A DNA stretch of 27,824 nucleotides, counting the filler, from a bacterium (GTDB lineage: Bacteria; UBA9089; CG2-30-40-21; SBAY01), in assembly GCA_040757115.1 (NCBI GenBank). It is 2 parts of 2 records of this genome, joined end to end, with 100 filler letters (N's around TTAATTAATTAA, not from the genome) between each part and the next. Parts side by side here need not be neighbours in the genome. Positions count along the whole stretch, not along the records: positions 13,987 to 27,824 come from JBFLYA010000099.1; 1 more part is not named here. One strand, written 5' to 3'. Numbering within the stretch: position 1 is the first letter of the stretch; every line of letters starts with the position of its first letter. Shown here one piece after another: positions 15,049 to 24,273 of the stretch. Below the pieces are notes generated by a model. The model saw only the letters and a list, made by a program, of their open reading frames with translations, ran no database searches and was not told the origin of the DNA. Position numbers and translations under genes: made by a program.

Positions 15049-15960
15049 TTATCCTCCTGAAGAACAACCCCCAACTAACCCTATCGGTCTAATCAAATGC
15101 CTTTTCAACCACCTCTCTACCTCTTTCATCCCCAACGCCAGACCCAATATCTCGGTAAAATAAAAGATAGGCATATTTGTTCCATCCTGGCGCATTTCAA
15201 GGTTTGTTTGACACAACGGGCAGGCAGTAACAATACATTCTGCACCCGCCTGTTTTGCCATACTAACAAGTTTCCCCACCAATTCAACTACCACTGGAGA
15301 TTGCGATAAAGATAATCCTGCCCCACAACAGTCTGTTTTATATGACCAGGAAACCACATCACAGCCGCAAGCATCAAGGATTTTATCCATAGATTGTGGC
15401 TGTTCTACAGAATCAAATCCATCCTTTTGTGGTGGTCTGGTTATCAAACAGCCGTAATAAGGAGCAACCTTTAACCCGGACAAAGGTTTTTTTACCATTT
15501 TAGCAATTTGTCCTACTTCCTGATAGAGCACATCTAACAAATGCCTGACCTTAAGTTCACTGGAAAGTGGAACTCCCTCTTTTTGTTCCAACCTTTGAAT
15601 GTCCCCCGCTGGCGGGGGTAAGGGGGTGGAATATCGTGCGATACCAACTATTTGTTCCAACCTTTGTCTTTTCTCACCATCCTCTCTTAATTCCTTATCC
15701 GCCTGTTTGAGATTGCTATAACAGGCTGAACAAGGGACAGCTATATCCAGACCTGCATTTTGAGCCAGCAGGATATTGCGACTACTCAGGTCTGTAGATA
15801 AGTTATGATTCAAGCTATGCGCCGCACTGGCTCCACAACAATTCCAGTCAGGAATATCTATCAATTCTATATCCAATTTATGACACACTGCTCGTGTTGA
15901 CTCATCATATTCCTTGCCTGTAGAATGAAGTGAACAACCGGGATAATACGAAAATTTCAT
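15049..15960 (-). CDS. hdrB: heterodisulfide reductase subunit B family protein, with a 23-aa insertion
   Basis: YYPGCSL, DWNCCGA, PCSACY, YYGC, CCGA, ACPLCQ.NL: two CCG domains. Confidence 0.92.
   Translation of the reverse strand: MKFSYYPGCSLHSTGKEYDESTRAVCHKLDIELIDIPDWNCCGASAAHSLNHNLSTDLSSRNILLAQNAGLDIAVPCSACYSNLKQADKELREDGEKRQRLEQIVGIARYSTPLPPPAGDIQRLEQKEGVPLSSELKVRHLLDVLYQEVGQIAKMVKKPLSGLKVAPYYGCLITRPPQKDGFDSVEQPQSMDKILDACGCDVVSWSYKTDCCGAGLSLSQSPVVVELVGKLVSMAKQAGAECIVTACPLCQTNLEMRQDGTNMPIFYFTEILGLALGMKEVERWLKRHLIRPIGLVGGCSSGG
15582..15666. mobile_element. palindromic insertion in hdrB flanked by a 16-bp direct repeat
   Basis: TTTGTTCCAACCTTTG at 15582-15597 and 15651-15666 (69-bp offset, in frame) around CCCCCGC-TG-GCGGGGG-TAAGGGGGTGG. 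Confidence 0.8.
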
Positions 15961-15961
15961 T

Positions 15962-16480
15962 TTATTTACACCTCTTAAACATTTGCTTCACAGCCTTTCT
16001 GCCTTTAATAATCTCTGGGAATATACTTAACTTACCCTTAATAAACATATCCCGTCCCAGTTGCATATCCTGGAACAGGTTGGCACTTCTTAGCTTGTAG
16101 AGCCCAATCAATTCTACCTCGTGTGTCCTGCCCCATCTTTTAACACTATCAAGGAATAGTTGATGGAACATAGTCACATTTGGTTGTTTGCTGGGTATTT
16201 TTTCTTTTATGGCTATTTCTCGAAGGGTATCCATCACTCTGGGAATATCAATTTGCATCGGGCATCTGGTAAGACAGGTTTGACATCCAACACATAACCA
16301 AATGACAGAAGAGCAAAGCACTCTATTTTTGTCTCCCATCTGAATCATTCGGTTAATCTGATTAGGTTTGTAGTCCATCCAGGAGGCGATGGGACAACCG
16401 GATGAGCACTTCAAACATTGAAGACATTTATTTACATTTTGATTACTTTTTTCTCTTATTTGTAACTCTAAATTCATCAT
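15962..16480 (-). CDS. hdrC: heterodisulfide reductase subunit C family (2x4Fe-4S)
   Basis: CLQCLKCSSGCP and IWLCVGCQTCLTRCP; directly upstream of hdrB. Confidence 0.9.
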   Translation of the reverse strand: MMNLELQIREKSNQNVNKCLQCLKCSSGCPIASWMDYKPNQINRMIQMGDKNRVLCSSVIWLCVGCQTCLTRCPMQIDIPRVMDTLREIAIKEKIPSKQPNVTMFHQLFLDSVKRWGRTHEVELIGLYKLRSANLFQDMQLGRDMFIKGKLSIFPEIIKGRKAVKQMFKRCK

Positions 16481-16502
16481 CTAAATTCCTTTTTGTGAAA
16501 TT

Positions 16503-16531
16503 ATTATATCAGAATAAAGTAGTTATGTCAA
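16503..16531 (-). promoter_or_regulatory. sigma70 promoter of hdrCB
   Basis: TTGACA-17-TATAAT on the minus strand. Confidence 0.75.
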
Positions 16532-16609
16532 GAAGAAAACAAACGAATCATATTGACCCATTACGATTTCTACCATTTTTTCCCTTGATTATATAGGAAA
16601 GTATAACAT

Positions 16610-16748
16610 ACCACGAATTTCACGAATTGGACGAATAAAAATGTGTCTAATTGTCTGGTAGTCTATGTAACACAGACACCAGACTACCTGAATGGTTACA
16701 TTATTCTAATAATTAGTATTCATTCGTAAAATTCGTTTAATTCGTGGT
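16610..16748. repeat. inverted nonamer-array element with a nested partial element
   Basis: ACCACGAATTTCACGAATTGGACGAAT...ATTCGTAAAATTCGTTTAATTCGTGGT enclosing TGTCTGGTAGTCT/AGACACCAGACTAC and CTGAATGGTTAC. Confidence 0.75.
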
Positions 16749-16757
16749 AACTTTTCC

Positions 16758-16786
16758 TTGACTTTTTTCCTGATTTTTGTTATCAT
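16758..16786 (+). promoter_or_regulatory. sigma70 promoter of MFS gene
   Basis: TTGACT-17-TATCAT, 10 nt before ATG 16797. Confidence 0.6.
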
Positions 16787-16796
16787 TCGAGTTGTT

Positions 16797-17945
16797 ATGG
16801 ATAAAGAAGTAGCAAGAAAACCAATTAAAATATTTGCTTTAGCATCATTTTTAAATGATTTAGGTTCTGATATGATTTATCCCATCTGGCCATTATTTGT
16901 CACCTCTGTCTTAGGAGCCAATATGGCTGTTCTTGGTTTCATCGACGGACTGGGTGAGGCTATCGTTTCCATATCACAAGCCGCCTCTGGTTACATCTCT
17001 GACAAAATGAGAAAAAGGAAGGTTTTTATCTGGGTAGGTTATTTGTGTGGTTCGGTATCAAGGGTTGGTTACGCTCTATCAACTACCTGGCAGTATTTAA
17101 TTCCATTCAGGATTTTAGATAGAGCAGGCAAAATAAGAGCCGCTCCAAGAGATGCTATTGTGGCTGATATTTCTACAAACGAAAATAGAGGCAGAAACTT
17201 TGGATTAATCAGAGCGATGGATAATTTGGGGGCGGTATGTGGGATTATAGTTTGTATCTTATTTGTTGAATTATTAGGATATAGAAATTTATTTTTAATA
17301 GCCGCTATACCATCAACTATTAGTAGTTTGTTAATTTTTGCTTTAATAAAAGAAAAAACAGCAACTGGTAATATCTACAAGGGATTTTCTCTGAAAAACT
17401 TAGATAAAAACTTTAAATTATTTCTCCTCTTAAGCTCTTTTTTTGCTCTGGGTTCTTTTAGTTACTCTTTTTTACTGGTATATGCAAAGGAATTGGGTTT
17501 TCAGGTAACATTTATCCCGGTTCTGTATTTGGTATTTACTCTGACTGCTTCTATTTCTTCTTTACCTTTTGGGAAACTTTCTGATAAGATAGGTAGAAAA
17601 CAAGTCCTGCTGTTATCTTATATTTGTTGGGGATTAGTTGCCTATAGTTTTATCTTTATTCAAATCTATTGGGTAATCATTTTGACATTCGTTTTATACG
17701 GTTTGCACAAAGGGATGTTAGAACCTGTTCAAAGAACATTAGTCAGTGAACTAACCCCGGTAGAATACAGAGCAAGCGGTTTGGGTCTATTTCAGATGGT
17801 TGTAGGTTTGTGTGCCTTGCCATCTTCTCTGATTGCAGGGATACTCTGGGACAGAATTAATATATTTATGCCATTTTATTTTTCCTTGAGCCTAACCATT
17901 TTGTCAATTATTATGCTAATGTTTGTGAGGGAGAAACGGTTATGA
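16797..17945 (+). CDS. MFS transporter
   Basis: About 12 TMs, GYISDKMRKRK and GKLSDKIGRK motif A copies; start moved to ATG 16797. Confidence 0.92.
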   Translation: MDKEVARKPIKIFALASFLNDLGSDMIYPIWPLFVTSVLGANMAVLGFIDGLGEAIVSISQAASGYISDKMRKRKVFIWVGYLCGSVSRVGYALSTTWQYLIPFRILDRAGKIRAAPRDAIVADISTNENRGRNFGLIRAMDNLGAVCGIIVCILFVELLGYRNLFLIAAIPSTISSLLIFALIKEKTATGNIYKGFSLKNLDKNFKLFLLLSSFFALGSFSYSFLLVYAKELGFQVTFIPVLYLVFTLTASISSLPFGKLSDKIGRKQVLLLSYICWGLVAYSFIFIQIYWVIILTFVLYGLHKGMLEPVQRTLVSELTPVEYRASGLGLFQMVVGLCALPSSLIAGILWDRINIFMPFYFSLSLTILSIIMLMFVREKRL

Positions 17946-18059
17946 CCTTACGGTTCGCAAAGGACAAAGTATCGTAACTGTTCACCGCAGAGACACAGAG
18001 ACGCAGAGAAAAAATTAAAATTTATTGGTAATTATTCAGCCACAGATGGACACGGATGA

Positions 18060-18366
18060 GTAAGCGTTCAGGTCATTGCAAAATATCTAATAATAATGTA
18101 AAATGGGCAATGTAAAATGAAAAATGTAAAATGAGAGGATGGATGAAATAAAAGGTGATGATATGACTGAAAGCTTGCTTGAAGGTAATAGATCGGGCAC
18201 AATTGCTTCCACAGGCTCGGTTACAAAATATACTTGATCAGGCTGAAGAATTATGCAAGATGATTGGGAAATCAATTCTTACTGCCAGAACACAGAATTG
18301 ACTTTTAAATTTTTAATTGCTCATTTTACATTTTACAGTTATTTTTTTAAGTAGCTGAACGCTTAC
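18060..18366. mobile_element. inner MITE-like element with perfect 12-bp inverted ends GTAAGCGTTCAG/CTGAACGCTTAC
   Basis: Perfect TIR; inverted AATGTAA/TTACATT heptamer arrays inside, around a gene remnant. Confidence 0.78.
18139..18301 (+). pseudogene. internally deleted four-helix-bundle (23S IVP/Avd-like) gene
   Basis: MDEIKGDDMTESLLE fused out of frame to LKVIDRAQLLPQARLQNILDQAEELCKMIGKSILTARTQN*, resembling the N- and C-termini of that family; AGAGG upstream. Confidence 0.65.
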
Positions 18367-18612
18367 ACGGATAAAACACTGAAAATTCATAATCTGTGTC
18401 CGTTTTCCGTGTCCGTAATCAGGCTGAAGGTTTTTCCTCCTGTTGTCCTCTGTCCTCTGTCCTCTGCCCTCTGCCTTCTGCCCTCTGCCCTCTGCCCTCT
18501 GCCTTCTGCCCTCTGTACTTATCCGTGCTAATCCGTGTTAATCAGTGGCTGAATAGATACTATTCCAGAGGTTCATGAATTTTCCGAATGCCTCCAAACG
18601 AATTTAATTCAC

Positions 18613-18641
18613 TTGACAAAATGAGGAGTAAATGGTATTAT
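18613..18641 (+). promoter_or_regulatory. sigma70 promoter
   Basis: TTGACA-17-TATTAT upstream of ATG 18665. Confidence 0.65.
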
Positions 18642-18664
18642 TGAGTTCAACATTTTAATAGAAA

Positions 18665-21634
18665 ATGGAGAAGAAAATGACAGGTCAATTTTTAGACGAG
18701 AAAAAAAAGATATTAACAAATGGCTCACGAAAACTTGGTTTTCTTGAAGTTAATGAGAATGAAACAAAGGCATATTTTACCTTTTTCCCGCCAGAAAATG
18801 GTAAAGTAGTTAACCCTGAAGAAATAATTTCATCTTTACACGAGGAAGGTATTTTAGATATAGATATGGATATTATTCGGCGGACAATTATAGAAAACCA
18901 ATTTAATCAGAGAATACTTATTGCTACAGGAATACCACCAACTAATGGTGAAAGTGCATACTTTTTATATCAATTTGGCGCCGAAGGAGAATGTCCAACG
19001 ATAGAAGTCATTCCAGGTCAAATTTTAGCCGTAAAAGTTCCATGCGGTTATGGAATTCCAGGAACAACCGTTACTGGAGAAAAGGTTCCTCCTTTAATGG
19101 GAGAAGATATTGAGATTATTCCAGGTAATAATACGGCTATTTCTCCAGATGGACTAAAAGTTTATGCGACTGGATTTGGAAATGTGATGTGGACAGGAAA
19201 TAAAGTTGAGGTGGAAAGGATATTTGAAATCCCCAATGATGCAAAGGAAAATATTGATTTTCAAGGCAGTGTCTTAATCGGTGGTAATGTTCATAATGGG
19301 GTTGAAATAAAGGCAACTGGTAATGTGAATGTTAAAGGAGAGGTTCTACCACAAGCCCAAATAAAAGCAGGTAAAGATATTATTGCTAGAGCAATCAAAG
19401 GCGCTATTTTAGAGGCTAAAGGAAATGTAGTCAGTGAAGAGATTATTGATGGGCAAATCACGGCTCAAAATGTCCTCCTGAAAGATAAAGGAATTCTTTG
19501 TGGTGGAAAGATTAAGGCTAATTCTTTGATTGAAGCAAAAATAATTGGTAATGAAAATAATCTCCCAACAACACTTATAGTTGATGAAGATGGTAAGGTT
19601 TCGGCATCTTCTTTTATCTACCCGGAAACTAAAATTACTATTGGGAAAATAACCATAAAGATAAAAAAAGAAGTCAAAGAGGTCTTATATTACAAACTTA
19701 GAGATTCTGTTGTTCAATCCAGATATAAACCTGCTGAAATAAGAAAAGAACAAGGAACGCAAATATTGGAATCTCAGATATATTCATCCACAATACCTCC
19801 ATCAGTAGTTATTAAAGCCACCTCTTTATCAGAGGCAAAAGAAATAGGTGCTGAACTCCTGAATTTACCTCCTTCAGAGGTAGATTGTCAGATAGGAATA
19901 GCGGACGAGGATATTTCTTTAATGCGGGTTTTTCAACTGGGTATTAAAGGACCGTGGGAAGAAGGATGGAAAAAAAGGGTAAAAGAAGAAATTTCGCGTG
20001 CCAGAATAGATAACATTGATGGAATGTTTGAATTCTTCAACACGGATAGCGGTTTATATTTATCTATACTTTCCCCTAAAGGAAGTGGAAAAGAAGTTAC
20101 TTTAGAAGAAATTTTGATGTATGCAGCAACCAAAGGCTTTGTGAATGTTAATAAAGATATACTTAAAAAAGCAGTTGAAACTCCATCTTCTAAACCAATA
20201 ATGGTTGGACCAAGACAAAGGCTATTAGAATTAGACGGCAAGATTGAACTAGAGATTACCCCGGATTACTCAAAGGCATATATTATAGTTACTCCACCTC
20301 AGGTAGGTGGACTTCCAGCCACTTTTGAGGAGGCAATGTGTGCCTTACGAGAAAATGGTGTAGTTGCGGGAATTAAAGAGAAGGTACTTGCAGAAGCAGT
20401 ATTTGCTCAGAAAAATAGGCCTGAATTGGTTGCTGAGGCTATTTTACCTGTCCCGGGCGAACCAGCAACATTAGAATATAAATTCCGCGCAGATAGGTCT
20501 AAAGTAATATTAGAAGAAGATGAGTATGGTCGGGTGGATTTTAAAAAATTAAATCTTATTGAGAATGTTCGTGCTGGACAGGTTTTAGTGGTAAAAAAAG
20601 CCCCAGGAAAAGGCACGCCAGGTAGACTAATCAATGGCCTCGAAATTCCTGCCCTACCAGGACAGGATATAAAAATGCCTGCTGGAAGAAATACAGAGGT
20701 ATCGATAGGTGGCACAGAATTAATTGCAACGACAAATGGCCAGGTAATTTTAGCCGCAGATAATAAAGTGAATGTTGAAGATACCATTCAAATTAAAGGA
20801 GATATTAATTTACAAACTGGAAATATATATTTCCTCGGCACGGTTATCATTGATGGGAGTGTCGAGGATGATTTTGAAGTCGAGGCAACGGGTGATGTCC
20901 AGATTAAAAATACTGTTGGTAAATGCTATATTTCTGCTGGCGGAAGTATTGCTATTGGAGAAGGCGTAAAAGGTAAAGGTGCGGCACGATTATTTGCCGG
21001 CGGACATATCTTTGCTAAATATATTGAAAATGCTAAAGTAGAGGCAAAAGGCACTATTCAGGTAACTCAAGAAATTATGCACAGTCAGGCTGACGCCGGT
21101 AAATCTGTCCTTTTAGAAGGTAAACAACGAGGTTCTATTATTGGAGGTAGGGTTAGAGCAGGTGATGAAATCCACGCTCGAGAAATTGGTGCCCCAGCTG
21201 GAACTTACACAAAAATAGAAGTCGGTGGCACACCACGAGTCCGAGAACAATTAGATAACTTAAATAGAGTTTATCAAAGAGATGTTAATAGATTAGAAAC
21301 AATAAAAAGAGATATTGCCGTTCTAAAAGATAAGAAAAAACAAGAAAAAGAAAAGTTTCCTATTGAAAAAGAGGCTAAACTACAAAAACTTATTCGCGAA
21401 CATAATAAATTAACCGTAAAATTACAACGATATACTGACCAAAAGGAATTTTTAGAGGTGAGAATACAAGAGTCACTTGGTGGCAAAATTTATGTATCAC
21501 ATACCTTATTTCAAGGCGTAACTATAACCATCCGAAATGCTACTCTGGAAATAAAAGATAATTACAGCTCCGTTAGCCTTGGTCCTAAAGGAGAAGATGA
21601 AGTCGGCATCTATCCGTATGGAATAACGAAATGA
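18665..21634 (+). CDS. FapA/DUF342 family protein with duplicated modules
   Basis: Two DUF342-like units (GNIDFxGSVxIxGxV, GRVDFKKLNLIENVRAGQVL, IIGG.V.AG..I.A..IG), the second with a coiled coil. Confidence 0.85.
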   Translation: MEKKMTGQFLDEKKKILTNGSRKLGFLEVNENETKAYFTFFPPENGKVVNPEEIISSLHEEGILDIDMDIIRRTIIENQFNQRILIATGIPPTNGESAYFLYQFGAEGECPTIEVIPGQILAVKVPCGYGIPGTTVTGEKVPPLMGEDIEIIPGNNTAISPDGLKVYATGFGNVMWTGNKVEVERIFEIPNDAKENIDFQGSVLIGGNVHNGVEIKATGNVNVKGEVLPQAQIKAGKDIIARAIKGAILEAKGNVVSEEIIDGQITAQNVLLKDKGILCGGKIKANSLIEAKIIGNENNLPTTLIVDEDGKVSASSFIYPETKITIGKITIKIKKEVKEVLYYKLRDSVVQSRYKPAEIRKEQGTQILESQIYSSTIPPSVVIKATSLSEAKEIGAELLNLPPSEVDCQIGIADEDISLMRVFQLGIKGPWEEGWKKRVKEEISRARIDNIDGMFEFFNTDSGLYLSILSPKGSGKEVTLEEILMYAATKGFVNVNKDILKKAVETPSSKPIMVGPRQRLLELDGKIELEITPDYSKAYIIVTPPQVGGLPATFEEAMCALRENGVVAGIKEKVLAEAVFAQKNRPELVAEAILPVPGEPATLEYKFRADRSKVILEEDEYGRVDFKKLNLIENVRAGQVLVVKKAPGKGTPGRLINGLEIPALPGQDIKMPAGRNTEVSIGGTELIATTNGQVILAADNKVNVEDTIQIKGDINLQTGNIYFLGTVIIDGSVEDDFEVEATGDVQIKNTVGKCYISAGGSIAIGEGVKGKGAARLFAGGHIFAKYIENAKVEAKGTIQVTQEIMHSQADAGKSVLLEGKQRGSIIGGRVRAGDEIHAREIGAPAGTYTKIEVGGTPRVREQLDNLNRVYQRDVNRLETIKRDIAVLKDKKKQEKEKFPIEKEAKLQKLIREHNKLTVKLQRYTDQKEFLEVRIQESLGGKIYVSHTLFQGVTITIRNATLEIKDNYSSVSLGPKGEDEVGIYPYGITK

Positions 21635-22605
21635 AAAAAATAACACCCCTGTTAATTTTACTATTCTTTTCCTGGATAAGCGCTGTTTTATTCCTCTATT
21701 TCAAAGTCCATTATTCTTATCTGGCTTTATTTTTAAGCAAAAATAATATCTTTGATGAATTATACCTTTTATTTATATTGGCTTTATTAAGTTATGCCTC
21801 AGGTCGAAGGATATTTTTACTGACTAATGTCAAATTTTCCTCTTTCCTCGAAGAATTTATCTTTGCCAATGGTGTTGGATGGATAATATTAGCTTGTGGG
21901 CTAATGATTGGGAAAATAGCCCTGCTCATACTCCTTTTATTCTTTATTATAGAATTATTCCCAATTATCAGAATTATATTAAATAAGATAAAATGTCTTT
22001 TTGGTATCAAACCTGTCGGCTTAAATATAATTTTATGGTTTTTATTGGGTATAACTATATTTTTTACCTTCCTAATGGCATTAACACCTTCTTTTATCTC
22101 TTTTAATTTCATATTTCCAATAGGATTTAAGTTGATTTATTTCTATTTTGGAATTTTAATCATTATGACTATCTTTGCTTTAACCAGAAGGCATTTTAAT
22201 CAAAATTGTGGACTCCTCGCAAGTTGCATATTTTATATCAATAGTTTATGGATTTTTCCATTTGAAAGAACAACAATCGAGTTTGTAGTAATTTTTTATG
22301 GATTATTAGCCGTTTATTTATTACTGAAATGGAATCAAACTTTGAAGGATGGGTATTTTAAATTCATCTTTCGATGTCTGATTCTATTAGTTCTTTTCCC
22401 TATCTTTATCTCGCATCTTATCTATAGATATTCTGGAGAATATACCTTATTAAGGCGGGTTATTCTTTGTGTAATTACGGGTGTTTTTATACTCATTTTG
22501 GGCTATGAATCCTACATTATATTCAATTATGCTCCATTGAAATTTATCTTTGGATTACAAACGGCTTCAGAATATCTTGCTCGAATTGTTTCTGTATTAA
22601 AATAA
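21631..22605 (+). CDS. polytopic membrane protein (possibly a reduced GT-C/ArnT-like protein)
   Basis: 324 aa, highly hydrophobic, 4-bp overlap with upstream gene; the IFALTRRHF...GLLASCIF segment is reminiscent of GT-C proteins. Confidence 0.55.
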   Translation: MKKITPLLILLFFSWISAVLFLYFKVHYSYLALFLSKNNIFDELYLLFILALLSYASGRRIFLLTNVKFSSFLEEFIFANGVGWIILACGLMIGKIALLILLLFFIIELFPIIRIILNKIKCLFGIKPVGLNIILWFLLGITIFFTFLMALTPSFISFNFIFPIGFKLIYFYFGILIIMTIFALTRRHFNQNCGLLASCIFYINSLWIFPFERTTIEFVVIFYGLLAVYLLLKWNQTLKDGYFKFIFRCLILLVLFPIFISHLIYRYSGEYTLLRRVILCVITGVFILILGYESYIIFNYAPLKFIFGLQTASEYLARIVSVLK

Positions 22606-22659
22606 CACAAAACTCATTAAAATACAAGGGGCTTTATCGTTTTTTTTCTATCCTATGTC

Positions 22660-22840
22660 TATAGCAGTTATTATTCAAAACTTTACTTAGAATTAAATTT
22701 TCTACCAATATATCGTTCCTACGGAACTGATTGATTTGTCTATCTATTCCTACCGATATTATGTTCCTAACGGAACGATTATTCTCCTGCCTTATTTATG
22801 GGTATTATCCTATGTAAACTTCCAGTTAATAACCGCTATA
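22660..22840. mobile_element. MITE-like element with TATAGCRGTTATTA inverted ends carrying two REP-like repeats
   Basis: TATAGCAGTTATTA...TAATAACCGCTATA; internal CTACCAATATATCGTTCCTACGGAAC and CTACCGATATTATGTTCCTAACGGAAC. Confidence 0.75.
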
Positions 22841-22863
22841 TTTTTCGGTTTAACATTTTTTTC

Positions 22864-22892
22864 TTGCCTTTTTTTTAAAAATATGGTATAAT
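22864..22892 (+). promoter_or_regulatory. sigma70 promoter
   Basis: TTGCCT-17-TATAAT with TG extension. Confidence 0.6.
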
Positions 22893-22905
22893 AACAGTCG
22901 ATTAA

Positions 22906-23799
22906 ATGATGAAAAGGCTTATCTTCATAAGTATATTTCTTTTTATCAGTTCTTTTGTCTGGGCAAAAAATAATACCGGTGCGACATTCTTGAAAATTAA
23001 TGGTGGAGCAAGACCAGCGGGAATGGGTGATGTCTTTTGTGCCGTTGCCAATGATGTTAATGCGTTATATTTTAACCCCGCAGGATTAGCTCAGATTAAA
23101 GGAGAAGAGTGTTTATTAACCTATACTCAATGGTTTGAAGATGTTAAATATAACTACCTTGCCTTTGCCCAAAATATTAGTCGTGCTCGAACCATAGGTG
23201 GCAATGTTACCTACCTCCGCATAAATGACCTCATTGGTAGAGATGATGACGGAGACCTGACAGGTAATTTTGATGCTTATGACTTAGCCTTAGGATTAGC
23301 TTATGCTGAAAGGTTATCTAAACATTCATTAGTTGGGTTACATTTAAAATCTATCTATCAATTAAATGAAAATACCTCTGGAAGTAGCATAGCGATTGAC
23401 TTCGGCTGGTTATACAAAAACATCATTAAAGATTTAGATCTAGGACTATGCATCCAAAATATTGGAACAAAGATAAAATTTATTAAAAAAAAAGAAGAAT
23501 TACCTTTAAATATCAAAGTAGGTCTTGCTTACAAATTACCTCGTATCTTGATTATAGCCGTAGATGGAAATATACCTGAAGATGGTAAAGTATCTGTTAA
23601 TGCAGGAACAGAAATTACTCTCCTGCGTTTTCTATCTCTGCGCACTGGTTATAAATCCCAGACTGATTTAGATTCAAAAAGTCATTGGAGTTATGGAGTA
23701 GGATTAAAAATAAGTGATTATCAGATTAATTATGCCTTTGTTCCGTATGGAATATTAGGGGATACACATAGAGTGTCTTTATTACTTAAGTTTCTTTAA
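22906..23799 (+). CDS. PorV/PorQ-family (UPF0164-like) outer membrane protein
   Basis: Signal peptide; FLKINGGARPAGMG..F.AVAND.NALYFNPAGLA; C-terminal YAFVPYG.LG.THRVSL. Confidence 0.88.
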   Translation: MMKRLIFISIFLFISSFVWAKNNTGATFLKINGGARPAGMGDVFCAVANDVNALYFNPAGLAQIKGEECLLTYTQWFEDVKYNYLAFAQNISRARTIGGNVTYLRINDLIGRDDDGDLTGNFDAYDLALGLAYAERLSKHSLVGLHLKSIYQLNENTSGSSIAIDFGWLYKNIIKDLDLGLCIQNIGTKIKFIKKKEELPLNIKVGLAYKLPRILIIAVDGNIPEDGKVSVNAGTEITLLRFLSLRTGYKSQTDLDSKSHWSYGVGLKISDYQINYAFVPYGILGDTHRVSLLLKFL

Positions 23800-24250
23800 C
23801 TATAGTTTCGTGATTTTTAGAAGATTGAAATCCCCTGAAAACACAAGGAAGAGGAATTATTGCAAAGTTATAGCTAAACCATGAGTTGCAAAAAATAGTG
23901 AGTGAATTACAAAATTCCAAATCACAAATTCCAAATTACAAATAAATTCCAATGACCAAAAATCAAAATTCCAAACAAAAGAAGGAGAAGTGCTTTTCAA
24001 TGAGGCAATAGAATTAAAGAAAAGTTATCTTCCCCTCTTGAGAGGGGTTAGAGGTGTGTCCTTCAATTATTGAAAAACCTAAATCTGACATTATTGAGCA
24101 AAATATTCAACTCCCTTTAACAAAATTGATAAAGCAATAGGTTTAGGAATTTGGTGTTTGGAATTTATTTGGAATTTGGTATTTGAAATTTGGAATTTAT
24201 ATTGCAAGGTTATGGTTAAACCATGATAAATAAATTCACGAAACTCCAGT
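23799..24250. mobile_element. composite element: 15-bp inverted ends, 27-bp direct repeats, AAATTCC/GGAATTT arrays and a four-helix-bundle remnant
   Basis: ACTATAGTTTCGTGA / TCACGAAACTCCAGT; DR 23858-23884 and 24200-24226 (3 mismatches); MTKNQNSKQ (ATG 23952) joined to KEGEVLFNEAIELKK..SIIEK. Confidence 0.7.
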
Positions 24251-24273
24251 TTAAGGAAAAAGGAGGATAATAA

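Larger units (their letters stand above)
18028..18560. mobile_element. outer MITE-like element with GTAATTATTCAG / CTGAATAGATAC ends
   Basis: Ends continue as AGCCACAGAT..ACACGGAT / ATCCGTGT..ATCAGTGGCT; contains the inner element and a CCTCTGY heptamer array (~18437-18516). Confidence 0.7.

Noticed and set aside
18139-18301. Diversity-generating retroelement (Avd-like remnants)
   Set aside because: No reverse transcriptase and no TR/VR pair with adenine-specific differences is visible in the window.
18087-18578. ORFs 18087-18275 (-) and 18396-18578 (+)
   Set aside because: They are low-complexity translations of heptamer repeats or the antisense of the four-helix remnant.
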